From assembly GCA_963782915.1 (NCBI GenBank), contig CAWALK010000012.1:96001-160000 (forward strand): a stretch of DNA of 64,000 bases. Reading direction: 5' to 3'. Positions 49,996 to 60,443 of the stretch are shown here, one piece after another. Numbering within the stretch: position 1 is the first letter of the stretch; every line of letters starts with the position of its first letter. Source of the stretch: an uncultured archaeon. Lineage in GTDB: Archaea; Thermoproteota; Bathyarchaeia; Bathyarchaeales; Bathycorpusculaceae. A model generated the notes under the pieces. The model was not told the origin of the DNA, searched no databases, and saw only the letters and a list, made by a program, of their open reading frames with translations. A program made the translations under genes and the position numbers.

Positions 49996-50366
49996 CGTTA
50001 CTTGACACAAGCGTTATCATAGACTTCCTCGCTGGCGACCAAAAAATAGTTCCCATAGTACAGAAACTCGCCGACCAAGACAGCATAAAAACCACCAGCA
50101 TTACAGAATATGAACTGCTAAAACATAAAACAAAATTGAAAAAGCAACTCGCAGAAGAATTCCTCTCTGAGATAACCGTTTACCCCTTCGATTCAGCCGC
50201 CGCCAAAGAAGCAGCCAAACTCTTCGAAGAGCTACGCTATTCCGGAAGAATGGTTAATGAGAACGATTTGCTCATTGCGGGAATCGCAATTGCCAACAAC
50301 GAAGTATTGCTAACCAGAGACCAAAAACTCGGTAACGTCGGCAAAAAGAACATAATAATCGTGTAA
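49992..50366 (+). CDS. vapC: VapC PIN-domain toxin
   Basis: LLDTSVIIDF, EYEL, NDLLIAGIA, LLTRD. Confidence 0.92.
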   Translation: MTLLDTSVIIDFLAGDQKIVPIVQKLADQDSIKTTSITEYELLKHKTKLKKQLAEEFLSEITVYPFDSAAAKEAAKLFEELRYSGRMVNENDLLIAGIAIANNEVLLTRDQKLGNVGKKNIIIV

Positions 50367-50423
50367 CTGCTAAAATTCTACTTTTGAAAAGGTTGTTGTA
50401 GTGGTTTTAACCTGCCTTTTGTT

Positions 50424-51714
50424 TTAGATGGTTTGGTTCCAGTAATAAACCGCTTTATATCCCGCTGTTGCCACTGGGTACGCTGGGTCCTCGTAGACAA
50501 TGTCAAGTTTAGTGCCGTATTGCACAAGCAGCTTGTACATGTTGTTGGCGATTTGGTCTGTTTTGTCGTCGGTATGCCAGAATCCCCAGATGGTATCGTT
50601 GGGGTTACGCATGCCCCAGCCGTAGTTATGCGGGTAAAACTAACGCTGCTTCTGCCTTGCTGTTGTCTTCATACTGTTTGCTATGCGTGTCCTGCCAGAA
50701 TTGATACAACGCCATGAAATGCTCATCAGTCATGGCTTGTGCGGTGTTGGTAGCGTTTTCGTCTTTGGCGTAATTAAATATCATTATGTATTTGGCGCCA
50801 GCTTGGTAAGACGCCAACATTTGGTCATAAATTTCTTTTGCGCCATCTAAGAAGGGCACATCATCATACTTCCATGTAATCATGGCACCCCACTCCTTGT
50901 CCTGCAATCGAGCGGCGCCTTTCACTTGAGCTATTTGCTGGGCGACACTGGCGTTCCAGCCAAGCTCAGTAAGCATGACATCATAACCGCCGAGGTAATC
51001 CCACCAGTATAAGCCATAATCAGACGTAAATGAGGTCACGTTGTTTCTGTTTAGCTCGCCTAGACCCAGGATACCAACTTAATACCTGATTAATGAAGAA
51101 ATTAGCTTCCATATCATAGTTATCAGGTGTCGAATTAGTATCCCTGTAAAACTTAAGCTTGGTTTCTATATCCTTAAGAGCTCTCATGGCGGGGAAATCA
51201 GAATTTGCGAGGTTATCGCTAGCGTTACTAAAAAATTGAGCCCATGAACCATCCAACTGAATACCGCCCACTTCGTCGTTGTAGTACATACCCAGAAATT
51301 TGTCGCCCCAGCGTTGGGTCCAGTTCCCTTTTATGTCAGTTAGGTTAGCATCCCAGAACCAAGTAGTAACATTCCTCTCACGATCACTATTAATTCCTAA
51401 ATTAACGATTATGTTAAACCGTTGGCGGTAGCATAATCACATATTTCATAGACAGCCGTTTCGTTCCTACTTAGTAGGCTTCTGCCTGTGTCTAGTACGA
51501 AGAGGTTGGTGTAGTTTTTTGTGCGGTCGATGAGAGCTTTGGCTTCGGCGGTGGTGTTTCCGCAGAAGGCTATGCCGACATAGGGGTTTGAATCTATGTA
51601 TGTTTGGCTTTCACTTCCGCTTAGAAGCAAATGGACGCCGAATACTGAAACCGTCAGGATTGCTATGAGGAGAATTGCGATCAAGAGCTTCCTGACATGT
51701 CGAAAGCCACTCAT
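50424..51714 (-). CDS. Secreted/anchored protein of unknown function, broken into four fragments by indels
   Basis: Co-directional fragments 51409..51714 (signal anchor), 51020..51289, 50626..51039 and 50424..50612 read as one aromatic/acidic-rich protein. Confidence 0.7.
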
Positions 51715-51806
51715 GACTTTTCCTTACACGTGACATCATAGTTTCCTCCGCTTATAGTTTTGCCAAGAACACCCCCAAATCAGAATTCTCCAAAACAAGG
51801 CAGGGT

Positions 51807-51852
51807 TGTTCCAGCGCTGGAACAGTTTGTTCCTTGTGTAGAACTAAAAGTC
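51807..51852 (+). promoter_or_regulatory. Candidate operator: perfect palindrome TGTTCCAGCGCTGGAACA plus half-site
   Basis: Same layout as 9928-9973, similarly placed before a surface-protein gene. Confidence 0.6.
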
Positions 51853-51884
51853 GCCTGTCAAATAGGATTGTGTGATGATGTATC

Positions 51885-53067
51885 ATGGGCAAGGTTGCAG
51901 CAGTATTCTTTGTCGCTTGTTTAGTGGTCTCATGTATGATTATGTTTCAACCAGCAAAGGCTGATGCACATGAAAATATTGTGATAATTGTTCCAGACGA
52001 TTTTCCCACAATTAACCAAGCAATTCAAAACGCCATTGACGGCGACACAGTTCTAGTTAGACAGGGCATGTACAACGAAACTTTAGTTATCGACAAAGCA
52101 ATCACTCTAAGAGGCGAAGATACAGACAGCACCATCATAAATGGCGACAAGGCAGGGTACAGTCATTCATATCACCCATGACAATGTCACCGTCACAGGC
52201 TTAACAATAATCTATTCACAAATCCACAACAAGCCGCATACCTATTTTACGCATGATTTCCCTGCCGACCCGCCGAATGGGGCGATTGGGGGCGCCTCAT
52301 TGGGTGGTCTAACAAAAAATTCAGTCTTTTTCTATCGAGGTACGGACTGGCGACTAGCAGGAATACACCTAAACAATGTCCATGACTGCAGCATAGTCGG
52401 GAACAGAATAACTGATTGTGGAGAAGGCATATGGCTCTACAGTGCAGTAAACAACAATATCTCAGGTAACCTTTTTGACAGAAACGATTACGGCTTACAA
52501 GTTCAGGTCTCATCTAACAATCTGGTTGTCGGGAACACCTTCCAAAACGGCGGCGGAGGCATATGGTTCTGGAACACCGATTATCGAACGGAAGACTGGC
52601 TAAAACCACTAAACTATACCGACGGCGTTCACTACCTGAACAATCGCTTCTACCAAAACAATTTTATCGATAACATAAAAGCCCTCGAAAAACAAACAAT
52701 GACAAAAGCCTACCAGAACATTTGGGACGACGGCGAAAACGGCAACTACTGGAGCGATTATAACGGCACAGACTCCAACGGTGATGGCATAGGCGACAGT
52801 TCGTACCCGATAATTGGTGAATATTGGACAGGCACGACTTGGATAAACGGCGTTTGGGTAGACCAAGTCTGTGGCGAAGACCGCTATCCGCTTATGGTGC
52901 CCTTTGACATAAGCAGCATAGTGTCCACAGCATCCCCCTCCCCTTCATCTATAGAGGAGCAGCCAACCCAGAATCCTGTTAGCCCCGCTACAATCGAGTA
53001 CATAGCTGCGATAGCGGGCATAGCAATCATCGCAACACTAATTATTTACTTCAAAAAGCACAGATAA
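51885..53067 (+). CDS. NosD/CASH parallel beta-helix surface protein with C-terminal TM; frameshift near 52157
   Basis: Signal peptide; VPDDFPTINQAI..GDT..G.YNE; GIWL..NNNISGN repeats; GNYWSDY..D.NGDGIGD; DRYPL. Confidence 0.88.
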
Positions 53068-53140
53068 TAAGCTCTAACCTTTTTTTGTGAAGTCTTTTTA
53101 AGCACCATAAACACTAAAGCAACCTCTGGGGAAGAAGGAT

Positions 53141-53512
53141 TTGGAACGAGCTAACGTCGTAAAAGAAGAAATTCAACAACAGGACACAAGATTCCTAGCA
53201 GTCTATGTTGAAGCAAAAAACAGTATCATGATTATGCTTAGTGAAAAAGAGGATAAACTGGGCACTATGGCTATTGCGGTTCCCAAACCCCGCGACATGA
53301 TGGGTTCAGTTACTTCTTCGGTCCTAATCGGCGACAAACACATCATTTCAGCGCGTATGTTTGCTGAGTATGTGGCGGCGAAGAAGGGGAAAATCGCTAT
53401 GGTCTCAGTTTATTTGGAGAATATCAGTGAGATTCAGGCTCAAGAATTTTTTATGCACCTAATCGATAAGGTGTTAAAGTCGGAAAGCAAAAAAGAGCCG
53501 ACAGCAACCTAA
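53141..53512 (+). CDS. Conserved archaeal protein, possibly proteasome assembly chaperone PAC4-like
   Basis: KLGTMAIAVP...SSVLIG and A..K.K..MVSV pattern; family call from recall. Confidence 0.5.
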   Translation: MERANVVKEEIQQQDTRFLAVYVEAKNSIMIMLSEKEDKLGTMAIAVPKPRDMMGSVTSSVLIGDKHIISARMFAEYVAAKKGKIAMVSVYLENISEIQAQEFFMHLIDKVLKSESKKEPTAT

Positions 53513-53524
53513 TTTTGCTGCGCA

Positions 53525-54025
53525 GTGAACGGAATGATTCGAAAGCTTTCAAACGCTGACTTCCCAACTATTTTTGAAATCGTAAACGACGCCGCAGTAG
53601 CTTACAGGGGCAAAATCCCCGCTGACTGCTATAAAACCCCCTATATGCCCCAAGAGGAGCTCGAAGAAGAAATCGAGGAGGGCGTACAATTCTATGGCAT
53701 CACTGTAAACGGCGTCTTAGCGGCAGTTATGGGCATTCAATCCGTCGGCGATGTCACCCTCATCCGGCATGCCTACACCCTCACCAGCTACCAACGACAA
53801 GGCCTCGGCGAACAACTACTCAACCACCTGCTTGGATTAGCCAAAACACCGCGGATTCTGGTCGGCACATGGGAAACAGCGCCCTGGGCAATCCGTTTCT
53901 ACCAAAAACACGGCTTCGTACTACTTTCAAGGGAAGAAACAAATAAGCTCCTAAAGAAATACTGGCACATCACAGAGCGCCAAATTGAAACTTCCGTTGT
54001 GCTTGAACATAAAAAGGGCAATTAA
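53525..54025 (+). CDS. GNAT N-acetyltransferase
   Basis: YQRQGLG and AIRFYQKHGF. Confidence 0.9.
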   Translation: MNGMIRKLSNADFPTIFEIVNDAAVAYRGKIPADCYKTPYMPQEELEEEIEEGVQFYGITVNGVLAAVMGIQSVGDVTLIRHAYTLTSYQRQGLGEQLLNHLLGLAKTPRILVGTWETAPWAIRFYQKHGFVLLSREETNKLLKKYWHITERQIETSVVLEHKKGN

Positions 54026-54034
54026 AAAAAGGGC

Positions 54035-54592
54035 TTATTTTGCGTATGTTCCGAACAGTTCTGCCATAGCCAACACATGATTATCCATTGCCCGCAGCAC
54101 TTGACCCTTAGCTGCGCTTGAATCCAAGTTTAACATTGTATCCAATGCATAAACTTTGAAGTAGTATGTGTGGGCACCACCAAGTGGGTCAGGTGCGCCG
54201 TATTCGTTTCTGCCCCAACCGTTTCTCCCCTGCACACCTACCGCAGAATCTTGGCTAATCGAAGCGTTAGGCGCTATATTCCACATTACCCAATGATTCC
54301 AAGACATCATAGGCATCGGATCATCCACAATCACCACTAAGCTTTGGGTTTCCTCAGGGACACCTTGAATATCTAGGGGCGGGTTGATGGCGTCGCCTTG
54401 GGAAGTGTAGATTTTGGGGATTGCTGTGCCGTTTTCGAAAGCTGGGCTGGTTACTTCCATTGAAGCTGTCGGGTAACCGTTCTTAAAAGCTGGCTCCAAG
54501 TTGCTAAAATAGTTTAGAGCTGCAAAAGCCGCTATCCCAACAATAAGCACTGTTGGAATGGTGACTAAGAGAATTTTAATCCATTTCTTCAT
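54035..54592 (-). CDS. YbhB/YbcL (PEBP) family protein, membrane-anchored
   Basis: SPAF..G..IP, NPPL, DDP, HWV.WNI, H.YYFKVYALD. Confidence 0.9.
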   Translation of the reverse strand: MKKWIKILLVTIPTVLIVGIAAFAALNYFSNLEPAFKNGYPTASMEVTSPAFENGTAIPKIYTSQGDAINPPLDIQGVPEETQSLVVIVDDPMPMMSWNHWVMWNIAPNASISQDSAVGVQGRNGWGRNEYGAPDPLGGAHTYYFKVYALDTMLNLDSSAAKGQVLRAMDNHVLAMAELFGTYAK

Positions 54593-54712
54593 GTTCTCTT
54601 TTCCTTCAAGCAACAAAGCATTCGACGCAAAAAGATAACTTTTTTGGCAAAAACTCGGGCAACCGCCTCATTCTTTAAAAATGCCCAACGCCATTCACAC
54701 TTGAGTGCAGGC

Positions 54713-55771
54713 ATGAAGCAAACCCTCCTCATCAAAGTGGACCCCCAAAACCCAGATGCCCAAAAAATAGCGGCAGCCGCAGAAATAATTAGGTCTGGCG
54801 GGCTAGTTGCTTTTCCAACCGAGACCGTTTACGGATTAGGCGCAGATGCACTCAACGGCGACGCAATACTGAGGCTATTTGAGGCTAAGAAGCGTCCGCT
54901 GGATAATCCGCCGATTGTGCATATTGCTGATGTTTCTGAGGTTTATCCGCTTGTAGCCGAGGTTCCCGCAAACGCTGAATTGTTGATGAAGCAGTTCTGG
55001 CCTGGACCCTTAACGATGGTTTTCAAGCACTCAAGCAACGTGCCAAAAGAGACAACGGCAGGTTTAGATACCATCGCCATCCGCATGCCTAAACACAAAG
55101 TAGCCCTCGAATTAATCAAACAAAGCAGACGCCCCATTGCGGCACCAAGCGCAAACCTCTCAGGCAAACCCAGCCCAACCACCGCCCAGCATGTCTACGA
55201 AGACCTAAACGGGCGCATAGACGCCATAATCGACGGCGGAGCCGCAAACATCGGCGTAGAATCCACCGTCGTCGACTTAAGCAGTGACCCACCCATGCTG
55301 CTAAGACCCGGCGGTACACCCTTTGAGGCGCTAAAGGCGGTGCTTGGTGATTTGCGGTTGCATCCGTTTGTGCAATCTGAGGTGGAGTTGTCGTTGGAAG
55401 AAATTCGCTCACCTGGCATGAAGCATAAGCATTATGCGCCCAAAGCACAGGTTATCCTCGTTGAAGGCAGCGTTGCAGCCATTGAAGGCAAAATCGAGGA
55501 ATTAGTTGCAAGTTACAAGTTAAAGGGCTTAAAAATTGGCGTGTTAGCAACCGATGAAACCATAGCTGCCTACAAAGCTGATGTTGTCAAATCAATGGGC
55601 AGCCGCCACAACCTCTCCACAGTCGCCCAGAGCCTATTTCGCCTCTTGCGTGAAGTTGATGCCGAAGGCGTCGATGTCATATTAGCCGAATCTGTGCCGT
55701 CCGAAGGCTTAGGCTTAGCGGTAATGAATCGGTTACGTAAAGCTTCAGGTTACCACATCGTCAAAGCGTAA
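54713..55771 (+). CDS. sua5: Sua5 L-threonylcarbamoyladenylate synthase
   Basis: FPTETVYGLGA, KKRP.DNP.IVH, WPGPLT, APSAN.SG, SPGM..KHYAP, NRLRKA. Confidence 0.95.
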   Translation: MKQTLLIKVDPQNPDAQKIAAAAEIIRSGGLVAFPTETVYGLGADALNGDAILRLFEAKKRPLDNPPIVHIADVSEVYPLVAEVPANAELLMKQFWPGPLTMVFKHSSNVPKETTAGLDTIAIRMPKHKVALELIKQSRRPIAAPSANLSGKPSPTTAQHVYEDLNGRIDAIIDGGAANIGVESTVVDLSSDPPMLLRPGGTPFEALKAVLGDLRLHPFVQSEVELSLEEIRSPGMKHKHYAPKAQVILVEGSVAAIEGKIEELVASYKLKGLKIGVLATDETIAAYKADVVKSMGSRHNLSTVAQSLFRLLREVDAEGVDVILAESVPSEGLGLAVMNRLRKASGYHIVKA

Positions 55772-55772
55772 T

Positions 55773-56672
55773 TTATCTGCGGATAAACGACAGCAGTTGA
55801 TTTAACTCAACAGTGGCGACGCAGACTACGCTGTCGGCAGCCCCGTAATAGAGAAAAACCTTATCGCCAATCATCACGTTGCCACAGCTAAAAACCACAT
55901 TGGGCACTTTGCCAAACCGTTCATAATCCTCTTTAGGAGACAAAATCGGTGTTTTCGAGCGATAAAGCACCCGCTCTGGGTGATCACTATCAAGCAGCAC
56001 AATCCCCAACGAATACAGCCGCTCAACGCTAACGCCATGATAAATTACAAGCCAGCCTTCATTGATTTTCATCGGTGTACCAGCAACGCCGACTTTCCAG
56101 TTATCCCAACCTTCAGCCGCTGGAGTCATAACCGACATTAAATCGCACCAATGCGCTAGGTCTTCGGAGTATGCTATGGTTAGGTCTGGTTCAATTCGGT
56201 TTAGCATGACGTAGCGGCCGTTGACTTTTTGGGGAAAAATTACTCCATCCTTGTTTCTGATGCCTGGAAAGGGAAGATGGCGGTTGGTCCAGTTCCATTT
56301 TCTTTCAGCAAAATCATTCTGGGAAATGGTTGTTAGGGCGATCTGGTAGACTTGCAAGTGGCTGTATTCGCGCAGCGCCGTGTAAGCCATGATTAATTCG
56401 TCGTCTATCTGGGTTATTCGGGGGTCTTCGCAGCCGTCTTTTTCGCATTCAGCTCTGGGTTCATAGATTGGATTTGGTAAACGTTCATCGATGTTTAAGC
56501 CGTCGGTGGATGATGCATATCCGATTCTTGAAATATTGTCGTTACCCATAGCGCGGTAGAGTAGGTGTACTTTGCCGTTTAGGTAGACGGCGGCTGTGTT
56601 GAAGACTTCCCTTGATTCCCACGGGTGCTCTTCTATGGGGCGAAGAATCGGGTTACCTCTAAAGCGTTCCAT
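55773..56672 (-). CDS. GH130 glycoside phosphorylase/hydrolase, copy 1
   Basis: NPIL, FN, LYRA, EDPR, NKD..FP, YHGV, NVVFSCG, YYGAAD. Confidence 0.9.
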   Translation of the reverse strand: MERFRGNPILRPIEEHPWESREVFNTAAVYLNGKVHLLYRAMGNDNISRIGYASSTDGLNIDERLPNPIYEPRAECEKDGCEDPRITQIDDELIMAYTALREYSHLQVYQIALTTISQNDFAERKWNWTNRHLPFPGIRNKDGVIFPQKVNGRYVMLNRIEPDLTIAYSEDLAHWCDLMSVMTPAAEGWDNWKVGVAGTPMKINEGWLVIYHGVSVERLYSLGIVLLDSDHPERVLYRSKTPILSPKEDYERFGKVPNVVFSCGNVMIGDKVFLYYGAADSVVCVATVELNQLLSFIRR

Positions 56673-56681
56673 GGGCTATTC

Positions 56682-57095
56682 CTATATTGCGTTTGCTGAC
56701 GGAGTTTTAATCCCGAGTAACTCGTCTAAAAATGCTCTAATCGAGAAGAGCCCGATGAGTTTTCCAGTTTGGTCTGTTACTGGTAGATGGCGTACGTTAT
56801 GTGACATTATTAGGCGTTTAACTTCATCGAAGGAAGCTTCCAGCGAAATCGTGACAACATGGCGGCTCATCACTTTGCCCAGGGTTTGGTCTAAAGCGAA
56901 CTTGTTTGCTATCAATCGAATTGCATCTCGCTCGGTGAATATGCCGATGCATTTTTCTTCATCATCAACCACAACAATTGAGCCCACATGCCTGTCATTT
57001 AAGAGCTGTACTGCATCCTGTATTGACAAGTCTTCTTTTGCAGTGATGACTTTTTTACACATAATGTCTTTTACTCTGAGCATAGGCTCACACAT
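56682..57095 (-). CDS. Stand-alone CBS-pair protein
   Basis: VKDIM, GSIVVVD..IGIFTERD, RHLPV. Confidence 0.9.
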   Translation of the reverse strand: MCEPMLRVKDIMCKKVITAKEDLSIQDAVQLLNDRHVGSIVVVDDEEKCIGIFTERDAIRLIANKFALDQTLGKVMSRHVVTISLEASFDEVKRLIMSHNVRHLPVTDQTGKLIGLFSIRAFLDELLGIKTPSANAI

Positions 57096-57126
57096 ACTAA
57101 GCCTCCAAAAAACGATTGATTATTCT

Positions 57127-59403
57127 CTACTTTAATTGAGGCGGTTTCTTGTTTAAATCTTCTTCTGAAGCCAAAAGCCCCTGATTTATCTCCTCTATCT
57201 TTAGCCGTGCAAGCAGATACGATACGGAGGATTCGCCACCTTGATTTCTGTTCACAAAATCCTTCGCTAAACCATCATAGCAGCCTCCAGTTTCAGCGTT
57301 ATACATGGCGATTTTGCGGCTGTTTTTACCAATAAACCACCCGAACACCGCGTTGGCGGCATCAAGGTACTGTTTGTCTTCGGTGGCGTAGTATCCATCC
57401 ACTGCCGCTTCAACCATCGCTGCTGCTTCAAGCGGCTGCTGATCATACAACGGGCGATTTCCACCACGCTTATACCAGCCATCATTGCCGATAGGCACAA
57501 ACACACCATCGATCATCTGCGTTTTAAGCAGAAACTCCATAGAATCCTCTGCCACATCGAGGAACTCCTGTTTCCTAACCATTGAGTAAGCCAAAAATAA
57601 CGCCTGTGGCAATCTGGCGTTATCGTAGATTAGGTGTGATTCAAACCATCGCCAATCCTCCTTTGATGTGTCTTTGAATTGCTGAACCAAACAATCGCCA
57701 AGTTTTTCAGCGCTGACTTTAAGGCTACCGTCGGGGATGGCTTGATAGTACTCATATAATCCTGCTAAAGCGGCTGAGTAGAAACGAAGCGACGTGGATT
57801 TGAAAACCCATGGTAATCCCCGGTCAAAGATGTCTTTGGCAACCAATCGCATATCATTAAGTATTGAGGAGTTAATTGTGCAGCCGCATGCCCAAAGCGT
57901 TCGCCCAGCAGAATCCGGTGAACCATCAATGTCAAGGTAAGTTCGTCCATAGCTTAGGTAATTGTGGAAGTTGCCGTCAGGTTTTTGCATATGATTAAGA
58001 AACGCCAAATAGACATGTACCAACGAATTCATGTCGGAGTCATTTGTGAGTCTATGATATTTTATTGCTGCAACTAAGGCTCGGGCGTTATCGTCAGTTG
58101 TGTAGCCTTCTCCACGTTTAGGAATGCAGAATTTGGCATGTTGAAAAAGTCCTGTATCATCGGTGAAAGCTTTCAAGTAATCAATTTTTAGAGGGGGTAG
58201 TCTGGATGGCCAATTCATCTCCGATTGCTTGGTTAATTCATCAAAAAGTTTAAGGTACTTTTTGGCGACTAGGGGCCAAATGAATTTTCTACTATAAATG
58301 TAGGCTTTCTGTTCGAGAGAGCGACGTAGCTTCTGGTTCTCGATGATTTCTGTTACTTGCTCCGCGATGGAGTCTGAATCGTTGAATTTGCAGAAAACTC
58401 CCCGTCCTTCACCTAAGGCTTCTTTTGCGTGAAGATAAGGTGTGGATACCACGGCTTTTCCAGCTGCCAACGCATATGACAATGCGCCGCTGCTTACCTG
58501 ATTGGGCGACACATAGGGTGTAACGTAGACGTCGGTTGCTTGAAGATACTTGTATAATTCAGGTTTTGAGAGGAAACGGTTTAGGAACCGTACGTGACCT
58601 TGCACTCCAAGGTTTTTCGCCATTCGCAGAAGTGAGTTTCGATAGGCTTCTCCTTCGTTCTTCTTTACCTGTGGATGCGTTACACCCAACACGTAATAGA
58701 TTAGTCGGGGTTCTTTTTTAACGATTTTTGGAAGTGCCTCAATGACGTGTTCGATTCCTTTGCCCTTGCTTAGTAAACCAAAAGTTGAGAGTACTACTCG
58801 GTTCTTTAAGCCCAAATCAGGCTTTACTTTGTCGCTTGATACCAATTGTAAATCAGGGCAGCCATGCGGAATCAGCCTTACTTTTTTGGCTGGAACACCA
58901 TATTGCCTGACCAACGTGCGGGTAGTTTCATTTAAAACGACGATGGCTGCGCTCTTGTCCACCACATCAGTGAAAACTTCTTTGGTTTTATCTTCAAAAT
59001 TAGGCAGAACAGTGTGAAGGGTTGTTGCAACGGGCCTCTTTAGTTTGTCGAGAAATGAGCAGATGTATTCTCCTGATTCTCCGCCGAAAATGCCGAATTC
59101 ATGCTGTATATTGACTACGTTTACGGGTGATTGGTTGAGGAAATCCGCCATTAACACGTAGTCTTCAACGAAGTCTCGACCGATTTTATGTTCAAAACCC
59201 TCATAAGCTGGCTTAAAGAGGCGTCGTCCATCGATAGAAATTACCCTTTGGTCCTTTAACGTATTGAGTTGACTTATGGAGTTGACCAAATCCGAAGTAA
59301 ATGTTGCTATGCCACATTTTCTTGGCGGAAAGGTGCTCACATAGGCAACTTCTTTGACGCTAGTCAGCGTAGGGGTGCCTAGAACATAATTTGCCAATAA
59401 CAA
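57127..59403 (-). CDS. GT4 glycosyltransferase fused to a six-hairpin glycosidase-like domain
   Basis: N-terminal PPRKCGIATF, QHEFGIFG, TFGLL..KG, SG.L..A. C-terminal DDTGLFQHA, GYTTDDNARAL, YDNARL, DQQP, GGCYDGL, NQGGES. Confidence 0.9.
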   Translation of the reverse strand: MLLANYVLGTPTLTSVKEVAYVSTFPPRKCGIATFTSDLVNSISQLNTLKDQRVISIDGRRLFKPAYEGFEHKIGRDFVEDYVLMADFLNQSPVNVVNIQHEFGIFGGESGEYICSFLDKLKRPVATTLHTVLPNFEDKTKEVFTDVVDKSAAIVVLNETTRTLVRQYGVPAKKVRLIPHGCPDLQLVSSDKVKPDLGLKNRVVLSTFGLLSKGKGIEHVIEALPKIVKKEPRLIYYVLGVTHPQVKKNEGEAYRNSLLRMAKNLGVQGHVRFLNRFLSKPELYKYLQATDVYVTPYVSPNQVSSGALSYALAAGKAVVSTPYLHAKEALGEGRGVFCKFNDSDSIAEQVTEIIENQKLRRSLEQKAYIYSRKFIWPLVAKKYLKLFDELTKQSEMNWPSRLPPLKIDYLKAFTDDTGLFQHAKFCIPKRGEGYTTDDNARALVAAIKYHRLTNDSDMNSLVHVYLAFLNHMQKPDGNFHNYLSYGRTYLDIDGSPDSAGRTLWACGCTINSSILNDMRLVAKDIFDRGLPWVFKSTSLRFYSAALAGLYEYYQAIPDGSLKVSAEKLGDCLVQQFKDTSKEDWRWFESHLIYDNARLPQALFLAYSMVRKQEFLDVAEDSMEFLLKTQMIDGVFVPIGNDGWYKRGGNRPLYDQQPLEAAAMVEAAVDGYYATEDKQYLDAANAVFGWFIGKNSRKIAMYNAETGGCYDGLAKDFVNRNQGGESSVSYLLARLKIEEINQGLLASEEDLNKKPPQLK

Positions 59404-59549
59404 ATCACGTCATAAATAGGAGTTCTGGCTGTCTTTAAGCGATTGTGATTGTACTTTGACTAGTCACAAAGGCATTTTTGGAAGCTTTTTTGCATGAGGT
59501 TTATATTTTTCGATGCCTAGTGAAGTGGTTCAAGAAGGGAGAGGGGTTT

Positions 59550-60443
59550 ATGAAACGTTTTGAGCATAATCCCATATTAGAACCAATCAGGTCTAACTCT
59601 TGGGAAAATAGGTCCGTATTTAATGCGGCGGCAGTCTACTATGATGGTTTAGTCCACATTGTCTATCGTGCACAAGGTACAGACATGGTCTCGAGACTGG
59701 GCTTAGCAACATCCAACGACGGATTCACCATAAAAGAACGATTTGACACACCAATTTTTACGCCACTCAACCATGCGGAACGCGACGGCACTGAAGACCC
59801 ACGCTTAACCGTAATCGGCGACCAAGCCATCATGGCTTACACGGCATATCGAAACCACGATTTTCCAGTAATCTTCCAAATCTCATTAACATCTATAGAT
59901 ATCAAAGACTTTGCCAAACAAAACTGGAACTGGAAAGAACGAACTCTACCATTCCCAGGCGTACGCAACAAAGACGCAGTAATATTACCGGGAAAAGTCG
60001 ACGGCAAATACGTAATGTTCCACAGAATCGAACCCAGCATATGTGTTTCTTATTCAGAGGATCTTAAAAGATGGCACGACTTCAAATCCATCATGGAACC
60101 ACGGGACAAGATGTGGGACAGTGTTAAAATCGGTGCCGCTGGAACACCCATTGAATTAAACGAAGGCTACCTATTCATCTATCACGGTGTGGACGAAAAG
60201 AAGCATTACTCACTCGGCGTAGCTCTACTAGACAAAAGTAACCCAGAAAAGATACTTTACCGCTCAGACAAACCAATCTTGACACCCAGTGAAGGCTATG
60301 AATGCGTAGGCGACGTACCCAACGTGGTATTCAGCTGCGGCAACGTACAACTCGACGACCAAGTCATCGTTTACTATGGCGGAGCAGACAGCGTACTTTG
60401 CGGTGCAAGCTACGAATTAAACGAATTACTTCCCAAAAAATAG
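59550..60443 (+). CDS. GH130 glycoside phosphorylase/hydrolase, copy 2
   Basis: Colinear paralog of 55773..56672 (LPFPG.RNKD, RIEP, NVVFSCGNV). Confidence 0.9.
   Translation: MKRFEHNPILEPIRSNSWENRSVFNAAAVYYDGLVHIVYRAQGTDMVSRLGLATSNDGFTIKERFDTPIFTPLNHAERDGTEDPRLTVIGDQAIMAYTAYRNHDFPVIFQISLTSIDIKDFAKQNWNWKERTLPFPGVRNKDAVILPGKVDGKYVMFHRIEPSICVSYSEDLKRWHDFKSIMEPRDKMWDSVKIGAAGTPIELNEGYLFIYHGVDEKKHYSLGVALLDKSNPEKILYRSDKPILTPSEGYECVGDVPNVVFSCGNVQLDDQVIVYYGGADSVLCGASYELNELLPKK

Noticed and set aside
31751-52200. Programmed frameshifting as an explanation for the split genes
   Set aside because: There is no common slippery heptamer, and the breaks fall in unrelated genes. Sequencing error is more parsimonious.
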